Positions 24,001 through 39,000 of a stretch of 64,000 nt of DNA are shown piece after piece. The DNA is from Lytechinus pictus (Eukaryota). Below the pieces are notes generated by a model, which was not told the origin of the DNA, made no database searches, and saw only the letters and a list, made by a program, of their open reading frames with translations. Numbering within the stretch: the first letter of the stretch is position 1; every line of letters starts with the position of its first letter. The stretch is taken from NCBI RefSeq assembly GCF_037042905.1, contig NC_087251.1, positions 11,348,001-11,412,000 of the forward strand. Reading direction: 5' to 3'. A program made the translations under genes and the position numbers.

Positions 24001-27000
24001 ATGCCGATTCTGCATCGGCATTTGGTTCAGAACCAATTGCCGATTAAGTGTAAACACGGTAATAGTGACATGAGATATTAAAAAAAATCATTTTCCAAGA
24101 CTTCCCCTGACCTTATTTTATTCACTTGTCTCCCTCCTCTTATTATCTTCCTCTTCTTTTTCCTCCTTTCTTCCCCCTTCTTTTTTTTTCTTTCCCCCTT
24201 TTTTTCATTTTTTCAATAGGGGGGGCCCTGGCCCCTCGGGCCCCCCCTGGATCCGCCTATGTTAAACTCACATTACAGGTCTGCTGCTGTCAGGGACAGA
24301 TTCAGAATTTCTCAGAAGAGGGGACATTGAAATATCATTTAGGTTTAAAAACCCCTCCCTTCTCTCTCGAAAAAAATATATATATCAAGCTACGAAAAAG
24401 GATGCAATTGCTTGCCAAACAATTTGCCATCAAAGACCCCCCCCCCTAAAAAAAAAATCATTTCCAAAGGGAGGGCACTTTCAACAACACTGGGAGGGGG
24501 AATTGATGTTTATTTATGGAACATGTGGGATCATATTATGAGTGCCCCTCCCCTGACCTGTGTATAATGATGGAAAAAAGATTGAGGTGCCCCCATAGTA
24601 TAAATTAAGTTGTAGTAAACCTTTGCAAATCAACTAAAAAATCCCTGTAAATTTGCTATCAGATTCAATAGTATGAATACTTATGCAGAGTATTATATGA
24701 TTTAGACAGCAGTAGGACTATAATGGATCCGTCAACCAGAACCACCCCTTTGGTATGTAGTCAGAAGAATTATTGGTTGACCCATATACTGTATGGCTTG
24801 AATTCTAACTCTAATTTATCTCTTGACAGCAAAATATATTTGACATATTTCAATAGTGTGTACATGTACATGTAGATGCCTGATTTCCAGGATTTTTTTG
24901 TTGACTGCTTGTTTAATACAGGTAATAAGTAGTATAGAGGCGTCATAATCATTGAGGTATAAAACCACAGTAAAGATTTATTTTTATGTTTTTTTTTTCA
25001 TCTCTTTGGTGGGAGTGAACAGTAATTTCAAGTTTAACAAGGGAATTATACTTGTATATTGGTATTAATACACTGATAGTAATGTATTATACCATTTCCT
25101 GACCCCTTTATGTCCAAAAATATCCTGGGATTTTCTCAATTCCATGAGTTTCAAGTATCATTAATGTTTCTAATGAAATTTAAAATATGCTCAATTAAAG
25201 ATGAGCCTCCAACACATACAAGTACTAACCTACATGTATCTGGGCATGAATAAAACAATGCAAGTCTCGTTACTCTGTAACTTAATTACTATCATCATCA
25301 GCAGGCGTATAATTGCCTTACCTCATCCCATAATCATATCTCTTTAGGGTATGGGGTCTTTAAAGGGAATAGTCAACTATTCTACCTCTCCATTTTCCAT
25401 CCATTTAAAGGAATTTTTTGTTATTTTTTGTCTCGCCTGCATCAGACATCAAGTATCAGTGATATCCTGAGTGATTTTCAGGTCACATGACCGAGGTCAA
25501 TGAACTTTGGCTGTGTAGGGGTATTTGTTGAATTGCCATCATAACCTTGAAAATTTATGGATCTTGTTCATGAAACGTGGACATAAGGGTAATCAAGTAT
25601 CACTGATCATTTTGCAGTAAGTCTTCGGGGTCACATGATCAAGGTCAAATGTCATTTACACTGTAGGGTCAATGAATATAGTATTTTATGTGAATAATTA
25701 TTCTACAGTATAGTCATTACTGTGGCTATATTGAATGACTGCCAGAGTCTCCACTTGTTTTTTTTCTTTAAATTTGTTATGTAGACCTACTGTATGGTCA
25801 TTTTCACAATATATGGTGTAACTCTGAAATTTCAATGTTTTTATCTGTAGCAGTCTCATAAAGCCAAATAATTTAAAGATGCTTTGGCATATGAGTAACC
25901 TCAATGAGTGCTACCTCGGGTAGCATAGACATCTTCACTCATTACTTCGTTTAATTTTGGCAGGCACATAAGTACCCTAAGTTGCACCTTTTTTGTGTAC
26001 ATAAAATACATAGACTTTTTTTGGAATGCCCTTTCTTATTTCTGGAATGTTGATGATTACTTTTGTTATGCAGAATGTGAAGTTAGATGTTCAATGAAAA
26101 ATACCAGATAGGTTTTTAGTGTGACTGCTTCTTTATTTCTGAGAACGGGGTGGTCCAATTTGTTGTTTCGGAGGCTTCATTTTCCGTTAACAATAGCTAA
26201 CAAACTTTGTATTCCGAGCATTGGTTTTCAAAAAATAAAATTCTGCTCCCTAGGACCTTTATGCAACATTTGAAGTATAAACTTCCAAATAAAAACAAAA
26301 TATCTTGGATCACACTTCTTTTTACAATTTTTTCAAAGCCTAACTGATCAAGGTTAATTTTCCGTTAACTATTTTGAAGCCTCCGAAACAAACTTTACAG
26401 ACTGCCCATATAAATATGAACGAAGGAACTTGTCCAATCAATACATCACAATGTAGTATATGGACACCTAGTTCACCTGTCAATAAATAGCAGAGATATT
26501 CCTTGCTGTTTGAAAATAAGAGATGATACTAACTTTCCGTTAACAATTGAAGCCTCCGAAACACTTGAAGCCTCCGAAACAGTCAAATCACTTGTTTTTA
26601 TTTTTTTGTTACTTCAGTCCAAAATTTGTAGGTTAAATTTGTATTATAATCATATGTTATGTTGTATAGACTGGCCTCAGGTAGAAATTGTATGAATATC
26701 AATTCAATTTTTTTCAGAATTCGCTGATAACATAAAAATTCTGTTTAGGAGGCTTCGAGCATAAGTTAACACATGTTTTTTTTTGTTATTCTAAATTCAT
26801 AGATAAGAGAGTGTTCACATTTTATTTTGTTGTTGTTGGTTTTGATCTACTTAAGAACAGAAACATATTTGATTTTATAATTAATAATATTTCTTAAGTT
26901 ATACCTGAGCTAAGTATTTGAGATGGGATTTTTCACTCATAAAACATGCATTTCCCTATTTCTAACTCAGAATATAAACATTAGATATCAACTAAAAGAA

Positions 27001-30000
27001 AGAAAAGTCACACATATAAACCATGTAATGTTTATTAATATTGTAATATACAGTGGCTCAAAATAAAGCTCTGCATTTTCCCAAATTGACAGGCATCCTA
27101 AACTTATGTTAACACTTGTTTCGGAGGCTTCAAACAAGAGTTAACACCATATTTTGTGTTATTCCAATGTCCTGGATAAGAAAAATTAGGCATTTTTTCA
27201 ACAGCATGTTTGGTTTTGATCTACAAAATTACAGGAATTAGTATTTCTTCATCAGATTTTCAAATTTTTAATGATATACAAAAGAACTTGTATTTGTGAT
27301 TGAATTTTACATTTGTAAATGTGTGTTATCCTCAATCAAATTCAGGTTACTCAGTGTGTAGATACATGCATACTTACACACATACGCACAAATACAATAT
27401 TTAGGAACATTTTAATATACAAAGATTTAAATAAATCTTTGCATTTTCTCAAATTTTCAAGGTATCTGAGACATGTATGTATATATGTACATGTAAATAC
27501 ATGTACATGTAAGTTCTATGTTTCAGAGGCTTCATTCTCTTTGTCATACCATTATAAGTTAAGGTTTTAAGTTTGTCATCCAAAAACCATAAATTGGTGG
27601 ACAGACCATCCTTTTATAGATTCTGAGGAAGTAATAGTGTTATTACCACAAATGATTAGATCATGATGAACATGTATTGGTATGGAGAAGTTTATGTAAA
27701 TATTTTAAGCAACATCTAATAGCATATGTATCTTCAAGATAGGCATGAATACCAAATACCGGGTTCTCATTCTCCAAGCACTTAGTCCATAATAGTACAT
27801 TTGCTTTTTTCATTATCATTATTTTATCAATATTTTCTGCACAATTTGTTTTGATGGAATTGTGAATTCAAGTATTTTCAAAATATAAAAGTCTGTCACT
27901 ACAATTTATTTCAATGAGCTCTTGGTAATAAGTACATAACAATTGGCATTACACTTTTTGAGTAATGTATGAGCAATGCAGAGTGACACAGCCTTATCAT
28001 GTTCGCAATCAGTGATTGTGAATTGTGATCATCCATTTTGTACATTGATTTCTTCTGAAATACAGGTTGGTTAGACTGTGACCAGCCACCCCAAACCTAC
28101 AATAAGTCACTAGGGAAGGTTCTCTGTAAATAGCCAGAATATTATGTTTTTGTAAAAAAATAGAAAAAAAAACTAATTGGAAAGAGTAATTTTTCTTCTT
28201 CATATACAGTCAAAATCTCAAGCAGTAAACTTAGATAGAAAATCAGATAAAATAGTCTTGACAGAAGTGTTTGTGGACTGTTTGGACTTTTCTCTGAGAT
28301 CGCTGCATCTTAAGCTTGAATGGACCCTAAACTTTGAACATTGTTTTTCCCTATTTAAAAAGTTTCTTCTGCATTCAATCAATGACTAACATGTATGTGG
28401 GTTATAATGGATTAATTTTGACATGTTATATACCTTTTAAAAGCTTGAGATGAAATAATTTAAACTCAATAAAAATTTCATAATTCATTTTGGCAACATA
28501 TACACTGTAGTTGGATTCGGGATGGCTGGTCACAAATTACCTATCAAAGCAATGTTAATCCCATTAACTTTCTCAAATAAAATTACTATCTGTGAGAGTT
28601 GTATCAGTTTGCCTTGAAGGATTTTCATTTCAGTTTTTAGAATATGATTTGAAATGATTTGTTTATAAATACTTAATGTACAGCTTACAATGTATGTCTT
28701 GATTGTCTTTTTTAAGAAAAAAAAGTGGGAAGAAAACCATGTGCCAAAGATATGGTAACATGAAAAAAGATCAAGATGAAAGCAAAGCATGATATAAAAC
28801 CTTTCAAGTATAATTTGATTAATTTTGTGAGCTTAAGCTCTAGGTTGGTATGCAGACAGTACTTGTGCCATAAATAAAATTACCCTAACTCCATTCACTA
28901 CAAGTGATTCCAATACCAACAATTGTTTTGAATTATAATCATAACTTACATGTATTGTATGTACTTTTTTTAAAAGCTTGTTGTTGAATGATGCAAAGTA
29001 AAGTGCTATTAAGCACTAATTTGAAAGTGCAGTATTAATAAATTCAAGTCCCTAGCATAGAAAATTTCACTAATCACACATACATGTACATGTTTGCTCA
29101 TGGCTATGTTCCTTAACACTTCCATTTGATAAAACAGTAAGGAATAAATATTCAATTTTATATTGTCATATCAACAATATGGTCGAGGTGCCGCGGCCAA
29201 GTGGTCTAAGGTGCCTTGCTATCCATGTACTTGGAAAGTCTGGAGTTTGATCCTCGGCCGTGGCACCTATGCCCGTTAGCAAGGCATTTAATTGACAATG
29301 CTCTTTTATCCTGCATTCAAATAAATGGAAATGCTATTGGTATTAACTAGGTGTGCATTTGTTTTAAAAAAATCATACATTTCTAGTGTCAATTCAATTC
29401 AAATCCAAACTGCCTTTTAATGTGTGACTTTGATGCACTTACTTTACTTTGGTACTTTGGGTAATGCACATCTACCTAACAAGCAGAATTTAAATATAGA
29501 AAATATTTCCTGGACATGTTCATTGTAAAAATATTGGATATTACTTTAATATGCATGTATATGTTACAGAAACTGTTGGACTATTAACATCATTGAAGTC
29601 TCCGAAACATACACTGTTGTTACCTAAAGGCATACAAAAAATAATTGTCAACCAACTTTCTGCATTGAACTTAAAGATAAATTCCAGTTTTGGTAATGAT
29701 CTAAATATTACTTTTTACAGAATCTAATATAATGACCACCTAAGTGTCTGTTTGTATGAATAAAAAATATGTGCCAAAGGATTCTAGAAGAAATTGTGTA
29801 ATTGCTGAGAAATAAGCAAAATAAGCGCGGATTCGGTCACTTCCGTCGGGTCTTTATTTTAGCAATAATAATACACTGTCCCACGTGTGCCTATCTGTGT
29901 TGGTGATCTTCAGCGTGAACATTTTTAGCGTAGATTTCAAGATTTCACAAAGTTCAGTTTATGTAACTGTACCAGATCTAGATCCTCGATGATATACTGA

Positions 30001-33000
30001 CAATTAAGCCTTGTTTTACATACTTTCTCATGAAATCAGTGTTTACTGCAACTACTGGAATTTCTCTTAAACATATAATTCTGGATTTTTTTACAATTGG
30101 ATTTAACATAATAATAAACAAGTGTTAAAATTGAAATAAGCTGTTAGCTATATGATGGAAAACGCAATATGTTAACATGATTGAAGTCTCCAAAACACTC
30201 TGGGAACCCTAGCAAAGCCACTGAAACACAAGTTTCAGTATTTCATCACTTTGTTTATGCATCATGAATATTCTTTTCTGTATGAGATGTACTTCTATTA
30301 CTATATTCCCTTTAAAGCTGAACAATTACCTATCTTGGCACCAAGGCATTGAAATATGATGTCTTTGTGCAGTAGTTAACATTCGTGAAATACATTTTCC
30401 CATTCACGAGACATTAGTTTGTTTGATTTTGTTTACATTCAGTCTTATACTGATATGCCATTTGAAAAAGATAGATTTGTAAAAGTAATCAACTTAAATA
30501 AGGGACTTTCATAGTGCTAACATGACTGAAGTCTCCGAAACACATATTTTTGTTAACTGAAGCCTCCGAAACACACTTGGGAGAAATTTCCAACTTTCTT
30601 ATTTGGTATCTGATTTCCATGGGATTTGTGTTAGTAATTAACCTTCATGGAGAAGTAAATGTACAATAATTTTTGCTTTCCTCTTCCTCTTGGAAGACAT
30701 GTAATTTTAAACACTTTGTTGTCAAAATCCAAATTTGTGATAAATTTCAAAAACTCATAGAAATTTTTAGAAAACTAATAAACTTTGACTCCAAAACTTT
30801 TAAAAACCTCAAAGAACATTTAATTTGTGAATGAAAAAGTGCAAATGAAAATGTTTTCCACGAAATTTTTTTGTAATTTTGGTAATGAAATCAAAAGGCT
30901 GATTTTATTCAATTTTTCTCATTTTTCACAGTTGCACATATTTTTTTTGAGGTTTCTCAAGTAGATTAAGCTCCAGAACAGACAGAAATGAAGAATTTAG
31001 ACATTTATTGACCTGTTTTTATTAGAAATGTTTAAGAAAGTCCATTTTGAAATTTTGATCTTGAATTTTGAAAGTTACACCCTTGACCGTGAAAAGGACC
31101 GTATATGTTGTTTAAGATAGAATTCCTGGGGGACACTCATCATTTTTAGAGTATTGTAAGCTCATGGAAATTCTTGTCAGAAATAGACATTAGTTGTGAT
31201 CACTATCATATGCCAGTTAAACACAAACAAAAATCTGCAAATGGTGCAGAACAGGTATTTTGCAATTATTTTGCAGATAGGACTCAAGGAAATAACAAAC
31301 TCCACACTGCGAATGATGCAGCTTTTTGTGCTTACTTTCTCTCCACAATCATTTCCTTTAATAGTTCCTTAGATAGATGATGCTCTTCTTTTGGTTGTGT
31401 AGATTACAGCAGTCTAACTGGCCCCTGCGCATATCCTCAGTCCAAAACACCACAATTTTACAGTCTGTGCGGGGTATCAGACAGTTTATTGTCACATTTA
31501 TCATAACAATGGTTGACAAAAAAAGTGAAGTACAAACCAAACATATGAAATACCTGTACTGGCTGTACATGTAGTTTAAAAATATGTGGGTGTTTTTAAA
31601 AAAGAAAAGTTAGCAAATGTATGTATCTTAATTAGATAGATGTTTATTGAAATGAAATAGAATATTAAAGGATGTGTATATTTTTTATGTAGACCCTATA
31701 CATGTACATGTATATCCGATGTTACATTTTAAAGAAAAAACATTGTAAATATATTTCATTGTCTGTTTTTTACTGGAAAGCCTGTTTTGTTACAAACTGT
31801 TGGAGTCTGGGTTACTGGAAAACCTGTTTGTTATGAACTGTTTAGAGTCTGGTGAAAGGGAAGTAATAGCAATCACAATAACTTCCCTGAGGTACTAGTA
31901 TTGAGTCCATATACACTCCCACTAACATTTCAACTCCAAACAACTGTTCTCTTCATCAAGAAGTGGGTTAACTTTTTAAACTGTAACATTAATTTTGGTA
32001 TAGGACTCCAAAAGGTCCATTTATGCTTTCAAATTTCATATGAAATTGCACCCACAACAATTTGTTACAGTTTGTTTTTAGACAGTCAATTCCAATACTG
32101 GACAAAGGCAAAACTATGTTTATAGGATCTTACTTTCCTTATCACAACAAAAAGACTCCCCAAATATTCAGAAATATATTATTAGCTCGTCTTTCAGTGG
32201 ACCGTGATATAATTTACCTTGATATGTGCATGTTAATATTGTTATCATTCTCCTGATGATATGCCAGGAATTGCAGGAAATTCCCATTAAAAAAAAGTCT
32301 TGCATGACTTTAATAGCCAGGGATCGAACCCCCTCTCATTCATGAGGAGGATACATGTTCGCTACCACTAATTGGTCAACAAGCCTGTGTTAATTAGGTG
32401 GACTATTTGACAGTCCCCTTTAAAAAAAGCTCTTCAAAGGGTCTCTAATAGTCTTTATAGATTGAAAACTTCAGTAATGGAAAAAAAATCTTGGGTTTAT
32501 TCATCTTCTCATAAGTGTATATGGGCTTTCCTGAAGTCTGTATTTTTGATTGTTGTGAATGTCCTTGCTTTTCTTGGTGTTTTCCAGTATCACTGTTTTT
32601 TTAAACGAAACATTATGCTTCTCTGTCTTTCTCTTCTCAGTATATGTATAAAGTATATTTAAGCGGTGCTGCACCAGCCCGAGTTTGCTCAATCTTGAGA
32701 TTCTATCCTGATCAGCCCTCTTCGCGATTAATCTTGAGATTCAAGAAACCACATCTCCACTAGTGCAAGAAGAGTAGTTTGTGCTCGAGCGATGGCATCA
32801 GGCCCGATATTTCAAGCATGCGCACTTTCTGATCTTAAAGTTTCGACAGCCCGCGCTTTAGAATAACTTCCCGAGGTTGTACTCCCCATCACTTCACTGA
32901 ATCGTCCATGCAATCCTCTCAGCTCAGCGAGTTAGTGATGTATTCTTTGTAAATATGATGGTTCTAATCTTAGCGTACGTACCGGTAAATTAATAAGATG

Positions 33001-36000
33001 AAGGTTGAAAAATTAAAAAAGACGAAGGTCGAAGTAAAACGTGAATTGCATTATGGTCCGAATCAAATCTCGAGTGTGTCTGCACATAAGCGGGATAATT
33101 AGTAAAATAGCATGCTATTTTGCAAATAAATCTAAGTCGACTTTAAAGGTAAAGTCCAGCCCAGGAAAATGCTGACTTAAATAAATAGAGAAAAATCAAT
33201 CGAGCATAGTGCTGAAAATTTCATCAAAATCGGATGTAAAATAAGAAAGTTATGACATTTTAAAGTTTCGCTTATTTTTCACTTTTCCTTTGATAGGACT
33301 GCATTCTCGAGATTGATCCAGCAAACTATCGCGATGATTGCTTCTCTATTACAAATGATCTTGAGATTGTTCAGCTCAGATCAGGATAATTTGCCGGATC
33401 AGAAATAGTGTGATTATTTGAAAACTCAGGCTGGTGCAGATGGCTCTCATGTTGCAAACATCTACATGCTGAAAAACCACCCCAGATTCTGGATTTCTTC
33501 TTTTGTAGCAATTGATCCACAATGTGTCATAAGATACAACAGATAAAGAAGATTGTATCCATCAGATACCTCCTATTGGATGGCAGTGGATGTTGCTTTA
33601 TATGATGTTCCATAAATAGATGCAGATCCAGAGATGGATTTTAACCTGAAAACTTTGCTCGATTTGACCAAAAAAAAGAAGAAAAAACAGTCATCAATAT
33701 AAATTTTTCCACTGAAACTGATAAGCCCCACCAAAAGGGGCCATCACTCATTATTCTCTACATGCTGCACATGTACATTTCCAATACCCTTTTTACACAG
33801 GCTAAAATTTCCTTAACCCCGTACTATAGGTGGGGCTAAATGGCAATTTAGCCCCACCTATAGTACGGGGTTAAGCTTAGCCCACTTTCTTTTTACACAG
33901 CATTTTTGCAAAGTGGGCTAACCCCACCTTTAGTACGGGATTATTTGGCCCTGCAAAAAAGCAGGGTTATCCCAGCAATTGCGGTGCTAAGAGCGATAGT
34001 ACGGGGTTAAGATCGCTAGTGTAAAACGAAAGTGGGCTAAGCTTAACCCCGTACTATATAGTACGGGGTTAAGGAAATTTTAGCGTGTGTAAAAAGGTAC
34101 GAGTGAAGTACTTGTACTACGAATGATCGACAAAAACCACTAGTCCGGGGTTAGCGAGTTTCGTGTGTGAAAAGCAAGCATTCCTTATCCGGGGTTAGCG
34201 ATAACAATTTGGCATGTGTGAAAAGGAAAAAAAATAGTACGGGGTTAAGGATAGTACGGGGTTAGCGATAGTCCGGGGTTAAGAAAATCCTGTGTAAAAA
34301 GGGTACAAATGTTACGAGGTATGCCCTCCCCTTCCACCCCCCCCCCCCCCTGATGTGCACATGATACAGAACCCCCAATGTACTCCCCCTCCACCTTGAT
34401 CATCCTAGTATTTACACCTTTTTTCTTTTACCTACTGAAACCAAATGGTCCTAAGACTCCTCATACAAATCCTATATAGGATGAATACTGCAATCAAAAG
34501 GGCCGTCTGCACCATCCCGAGTTTTCAAATTAGCGCGCTATTTCTGATCCGGCAAATTATCCCGATCTGAACAATCTCGAGATTATTTGCAATGGAGACG
34601 CAATTATTGCGCTAGTTCGTAGGATTAATCTCGAGATTGCAATCCCAAGTCAACTTGGGATTATTTGCAAAATAGCGCGCTATTTTACAAATTATCACGC
34701 TAATTCGTAGGTGCAGACGCACTCGGGATTATTTATTCACGGCGTCAGACCATAATACATCAATGCTTCGCTCGAGCAGGAATCGCTCTTCTTGCGATGG
34801 TGGAGACGGGGTTTCTTGAATCTCGAGATTAATCGCGAAGAGGGCCGATCGGGCTAAAATCTCGAGATTGAGCAAACTCGGGATGGTGCAGCACCGCCTA
34901 CAGGGTCAACTTAGAATGATATAAATCATGCATTGTACTGTACATGATGATGATAGCTGCATGATATTACATTTATAAAAAGGTTATTCTATTAGAGCTA
35001 CATTTCCACCCTTTTCCATCCTTTTGATGTTATATCAGATAAATTTCAAAATAGCTTGACATATTTTTCATTATCTGATAACTCTTGCATTATTATTTGT
35101 TTCTTTCTTTACATGCAACTTTGTGCATCACAAATTTACCATTGTATTATTTGTGTTTTCTCAATTGTATAAATAATTAGATGATTCTTTCTTTGTTTTG
35201 TTTTTTAGATCCCAGCTACATTAGGTGAATCTAAGGTTACAGGAAGAGAAAGAATAAAGACCTTCACGTATGATTATTCCTACTGGTCAGTCAAGAAAGG
35301 AGATCCTCATTTTGCTTCTCAGGAGAGGGTAAGTTTTCAGAGATTTTAATGGCTTTATTATAAAAACCTTATACCTACAGAGGTACTAACATGTATAAAT
35401 GTATCTACATGTAGATGAATCAGTGTTTACTCTTCCAATAATCAATAATTACACAAACTTTTACCCTATATTACAACTTTTTGAAAATGATAAAATACTG
35501 TACATGTATACATGTTATCACTATTTAAAATTGCAAATACATTTGAAAGTGTAATTCTGAAATCTATAATTGATTGCATTTATATGTTCAACCATGTGCT
35601 AATCTTTGTGTTACTGGATTCAGGGGAGGCTGTACTCATATGATGTTGTAATCTAGTGATCTGGGTACAAAATCCAAGTTGTTGCACTAGTTCCCTTCAC
35701 AAGGCTAATTACCAGGGGCCCATTTCAAAGGACTTGCAACTACTGTAACTTTACCATTATGGCAGCTACCATGATAACAGAGTTCAGCAGCCAATCACAA
35801 TCAAGGTTTCCATGGTAGTTGCCTCAATAATAGCAAAGTTGCCATGAATATATAAGTCTTTATATAGATATGAAACATGAATTTAAAATCATATTCATCT
35901 GATAGCATGTATACACTCAGAATTTTTTTTATTACTAACCCTAAATTGGTTAAAATATGACCCAACTATTATTGATTATAAAAAGAATCCCAATTTCATT

Positions 36001-39000
36001 TTGCGTGCAATCTTTTTCAACCAACAGTTTATTAGTTCATATTTGAACCAACTAAAAACAGTTTAAAGAATTCTGAGAGTATAATGTATAAAACACAAAT
36101 GCTCTCTTAGCAGCTTGAAACAGCTTGTCAAAGTTTGGTGTTGACAGCTCGTAATTGTGTTTATCTGACTTTTGCTCTGGTCACAGCACCATACTTGAGG
36201 CTGGTGCTATGATATCACTGGATGATTAGACTTCAATATTGTGATTGTTACAATTTTGTAAAACCATGTACATTTGATTTTAGAGCTAGGGTAGGAACCC
36301 TGATCTATAGTATATTCATGAATTCTTAACACAACACCAACACCCAATATAAAAATCATCCATTTTATTGACTTTATATGGAGTGCTCAGGCAAATTGAT
36401 TGTATTCAAATATGTTGCTCTATGTACAGTTTTTATAGTTATATTAAAATGCGCATTGTATGCAGGTCTTCTGATGATCAGGAATATACATTGTTTATAC
36501 ATGCCCACATAGACATTTACAACAATACTCTGTGTGTTATTCTAAAATGTGTTTGCTATTGCAGTGTTCAATGTAAATTATGCTTGTAATTCAAAGAGAT
36601 TGAGAATGTGGCCTTGGTTATGTTGACACATACCCAAGCAGTGCAATCAGTAAGCTGAATTGTTCATTTTCAGATAAAGCCCCATTTTAAAGTGGCTGAT
36701 TAACATTTTCTTTTATGAACTTTGTTTGGGTTTAGGATGTTTGTTTTGGTCTGATGAGATGGCTGGTAATGAATTTTATCCCAAATATTATAGAGATTCA
36801 TATAAAATGGCAGCAATTGTGTGACTAGAGGAAAAATAATTCCTCAATACTTTCAATGCTGATTGTAGCACCAATTCTTTAACAATCTGTCCCCATTAAG
36901 ATAATTGTGGCTAACCAAAAGATCTTTTTACTTTTAGGAAGCCAAATCTTGATAGCATGTCAGCGGGTCCAAATGTGTTAGCCAGCCCAATTGGGCCAGG
37001 CAAGAGTTTTTTAAGATCTATCCAGGGATGGCCTATTAGACATTGATGTGTAAGGGTACAAACAATTTCAACCGGTTCAAATCTTGTTGTGTATGAACTT
37101 TTGGTTTCCTAAATATTGTAAAAATCTTTTTGCCAGCCCAAATCTTAACAGGTAGATTCTGTAAAGTGGTAAAAAAAGACCTTTTATCCCTAGAGTTAAC
37201 ATTATCTCGATGCGAAAGGGGTTTTTATTTTCATTTGGTTAGAAAATATATTCCTGCTCTACAATTTCCTGGTAAACTATGATGTACATGTATGTATTTC
37301 AGGTATGATTGATTTTGTAGATCATTAAAATTACACTGTACATGTAGGATCTCTCGCACAATACTACATTTTCAATATTGAAATGGTGCTCTTCCAGGAA
37401 ATAGCCCCTTCACTCTCTGCAACATGCAGAAATCAGTATGTGAAGCAGAGATATAGGCTTTTTAATAGTGTATGTATTATCTTAACTATATGCAACACAT
37501 GTTAAAGATTGTTACATATGAAATAATTATGAGTTTCTCTGTTAATTTCATAGAAAATAATTGATGATTTGCTTATGTTCGGTTCCACAAGTAAATTTTT
37601 GTATATACTATTCACATTGAGTAGCAATCACATTGATTTACCTGAATTTCAATAATTGAAATGTAAGGGGGAGGGGGTGTTTTTACTGTATTGTAATACT
37701 GATTGAAATCTAGATGAATTAACGTTACTTCCCTACATTGTACTCATGTACCATCATCTTTTTTCCATGTATTCACTTTTGATTATTTTGCATGTTATGT
37801 TTGTTTTTTCCTTATGTAATTTGCTTGTCGGTTATATATTGTAAATATTTGTTTACAGGGCCCCCTTGAAAACAGTACATGACTACTGATGGGGCTACCC
37901 TGTATAAATAAAACGAAATAAATAAATAAATAAATATCTAACATAGGGCCTATACAGCTTAGCCTTTACCTTGAGATAAATGGATAGATAGACAGGGAAA
38001 GAGAATATTCAATATTACAAATTTGACTGAATAAATAGCCACATCATCCAAACAATAATTGATACCAAACTTGATTGTGAATATTTGCAATAAAAATGAA
38101 AAGCTTTTAGAATTATTTTGTTACTTGCCTCATTACCATTCCCTCCAAGTTTTCATAGAAACCTACCCATCAAGCTTGCAGTACACTGTTATATTTACAT
38201 GTACTAATCCTTAATTAAAACTCGTATTCAGAGATGCTATCAGCTTTTAAAATATGCAACAGTTCTGGATGCATTGGGTTCTTGGCCTATTCAAGGCTAC
38301 TGTATTCAACATAAAAACAGTCACATGATACATGCTAAGTCATGCAACACTTAGCACAGAATTGTTTTTTTCTCTCAAGCGTGATTTCCCAACCCACTCA
38401 CTCTGAGCCATTGTCTTTATTTGATGCGATGAGTATGAATCATATTGAAGAGATATTGGTGAAGAATTTGATAAATGGAATTTTCTGTGTTATAATATTG
38501 CGTAATTATGTACAGTGAAATAAATTGAATTGTCTGAATGCATTGTGTACATTATTTTGACTATTAAAGTGCTCATTTATCTTAAATATAAAAAAAGATG
38601 ATGCAGAAAAAATAAAGGATAATAAGATAATTATCTTTAACTTTGATATACTATTAGTAATTGAATATTACTTTTGTCAGAATAACATGAACATCAAGTA
38701 TCCTCAATACACTTCTACTACACAGTGTGCACACAGGAAAGTGATAGAATATCAGTTTTCATTTTTGCAAAATATAATAAATGCACTTTAAACCACTAGA
38801 CTTGTGTAGGATTCTCACCAGACATCTACATATAGACATTGAAATTAAACATTTGGCATGAAAGACAATTTCTCAAATGGTATAGAGGTTAATTTACTAA
38901 TAGTTTTAATTGTGTACTATTACAAGAAAGTGTCAAGATGCTCTTGTGACAGAAAATAATTTTAATTGAAATATTAAATATCAGTCAATCTTTTGTGTGA

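Larger units (their letters stand above)
26152..31100. mobile_element. Putative ~5-kb non-autonomous element with a dispersed GAAG(C/T)CTCCGAAAC motif; boundaries approximate
   Basis: About 11 copies of the motif, confined to this interval; short GGTCC/GGACC possible termini; hosts a SINE and a TTAA MITE. Confidence 0.55.

Noticed and set aside
29187..29267. tRNA gene
   Set aside because: The acceptor-like stem and A/B boxes are present, but the anticodon and T arms pair poorly, no clean Pol III terminator follows, and a SINE core comes next
26152..31100. CRISPR-like array
   Set aside because: Eukaryotic intron; the motif is only 14-20 bp, irregularly spaced (tens to ~2000 bp) and on both strands; no cas genes
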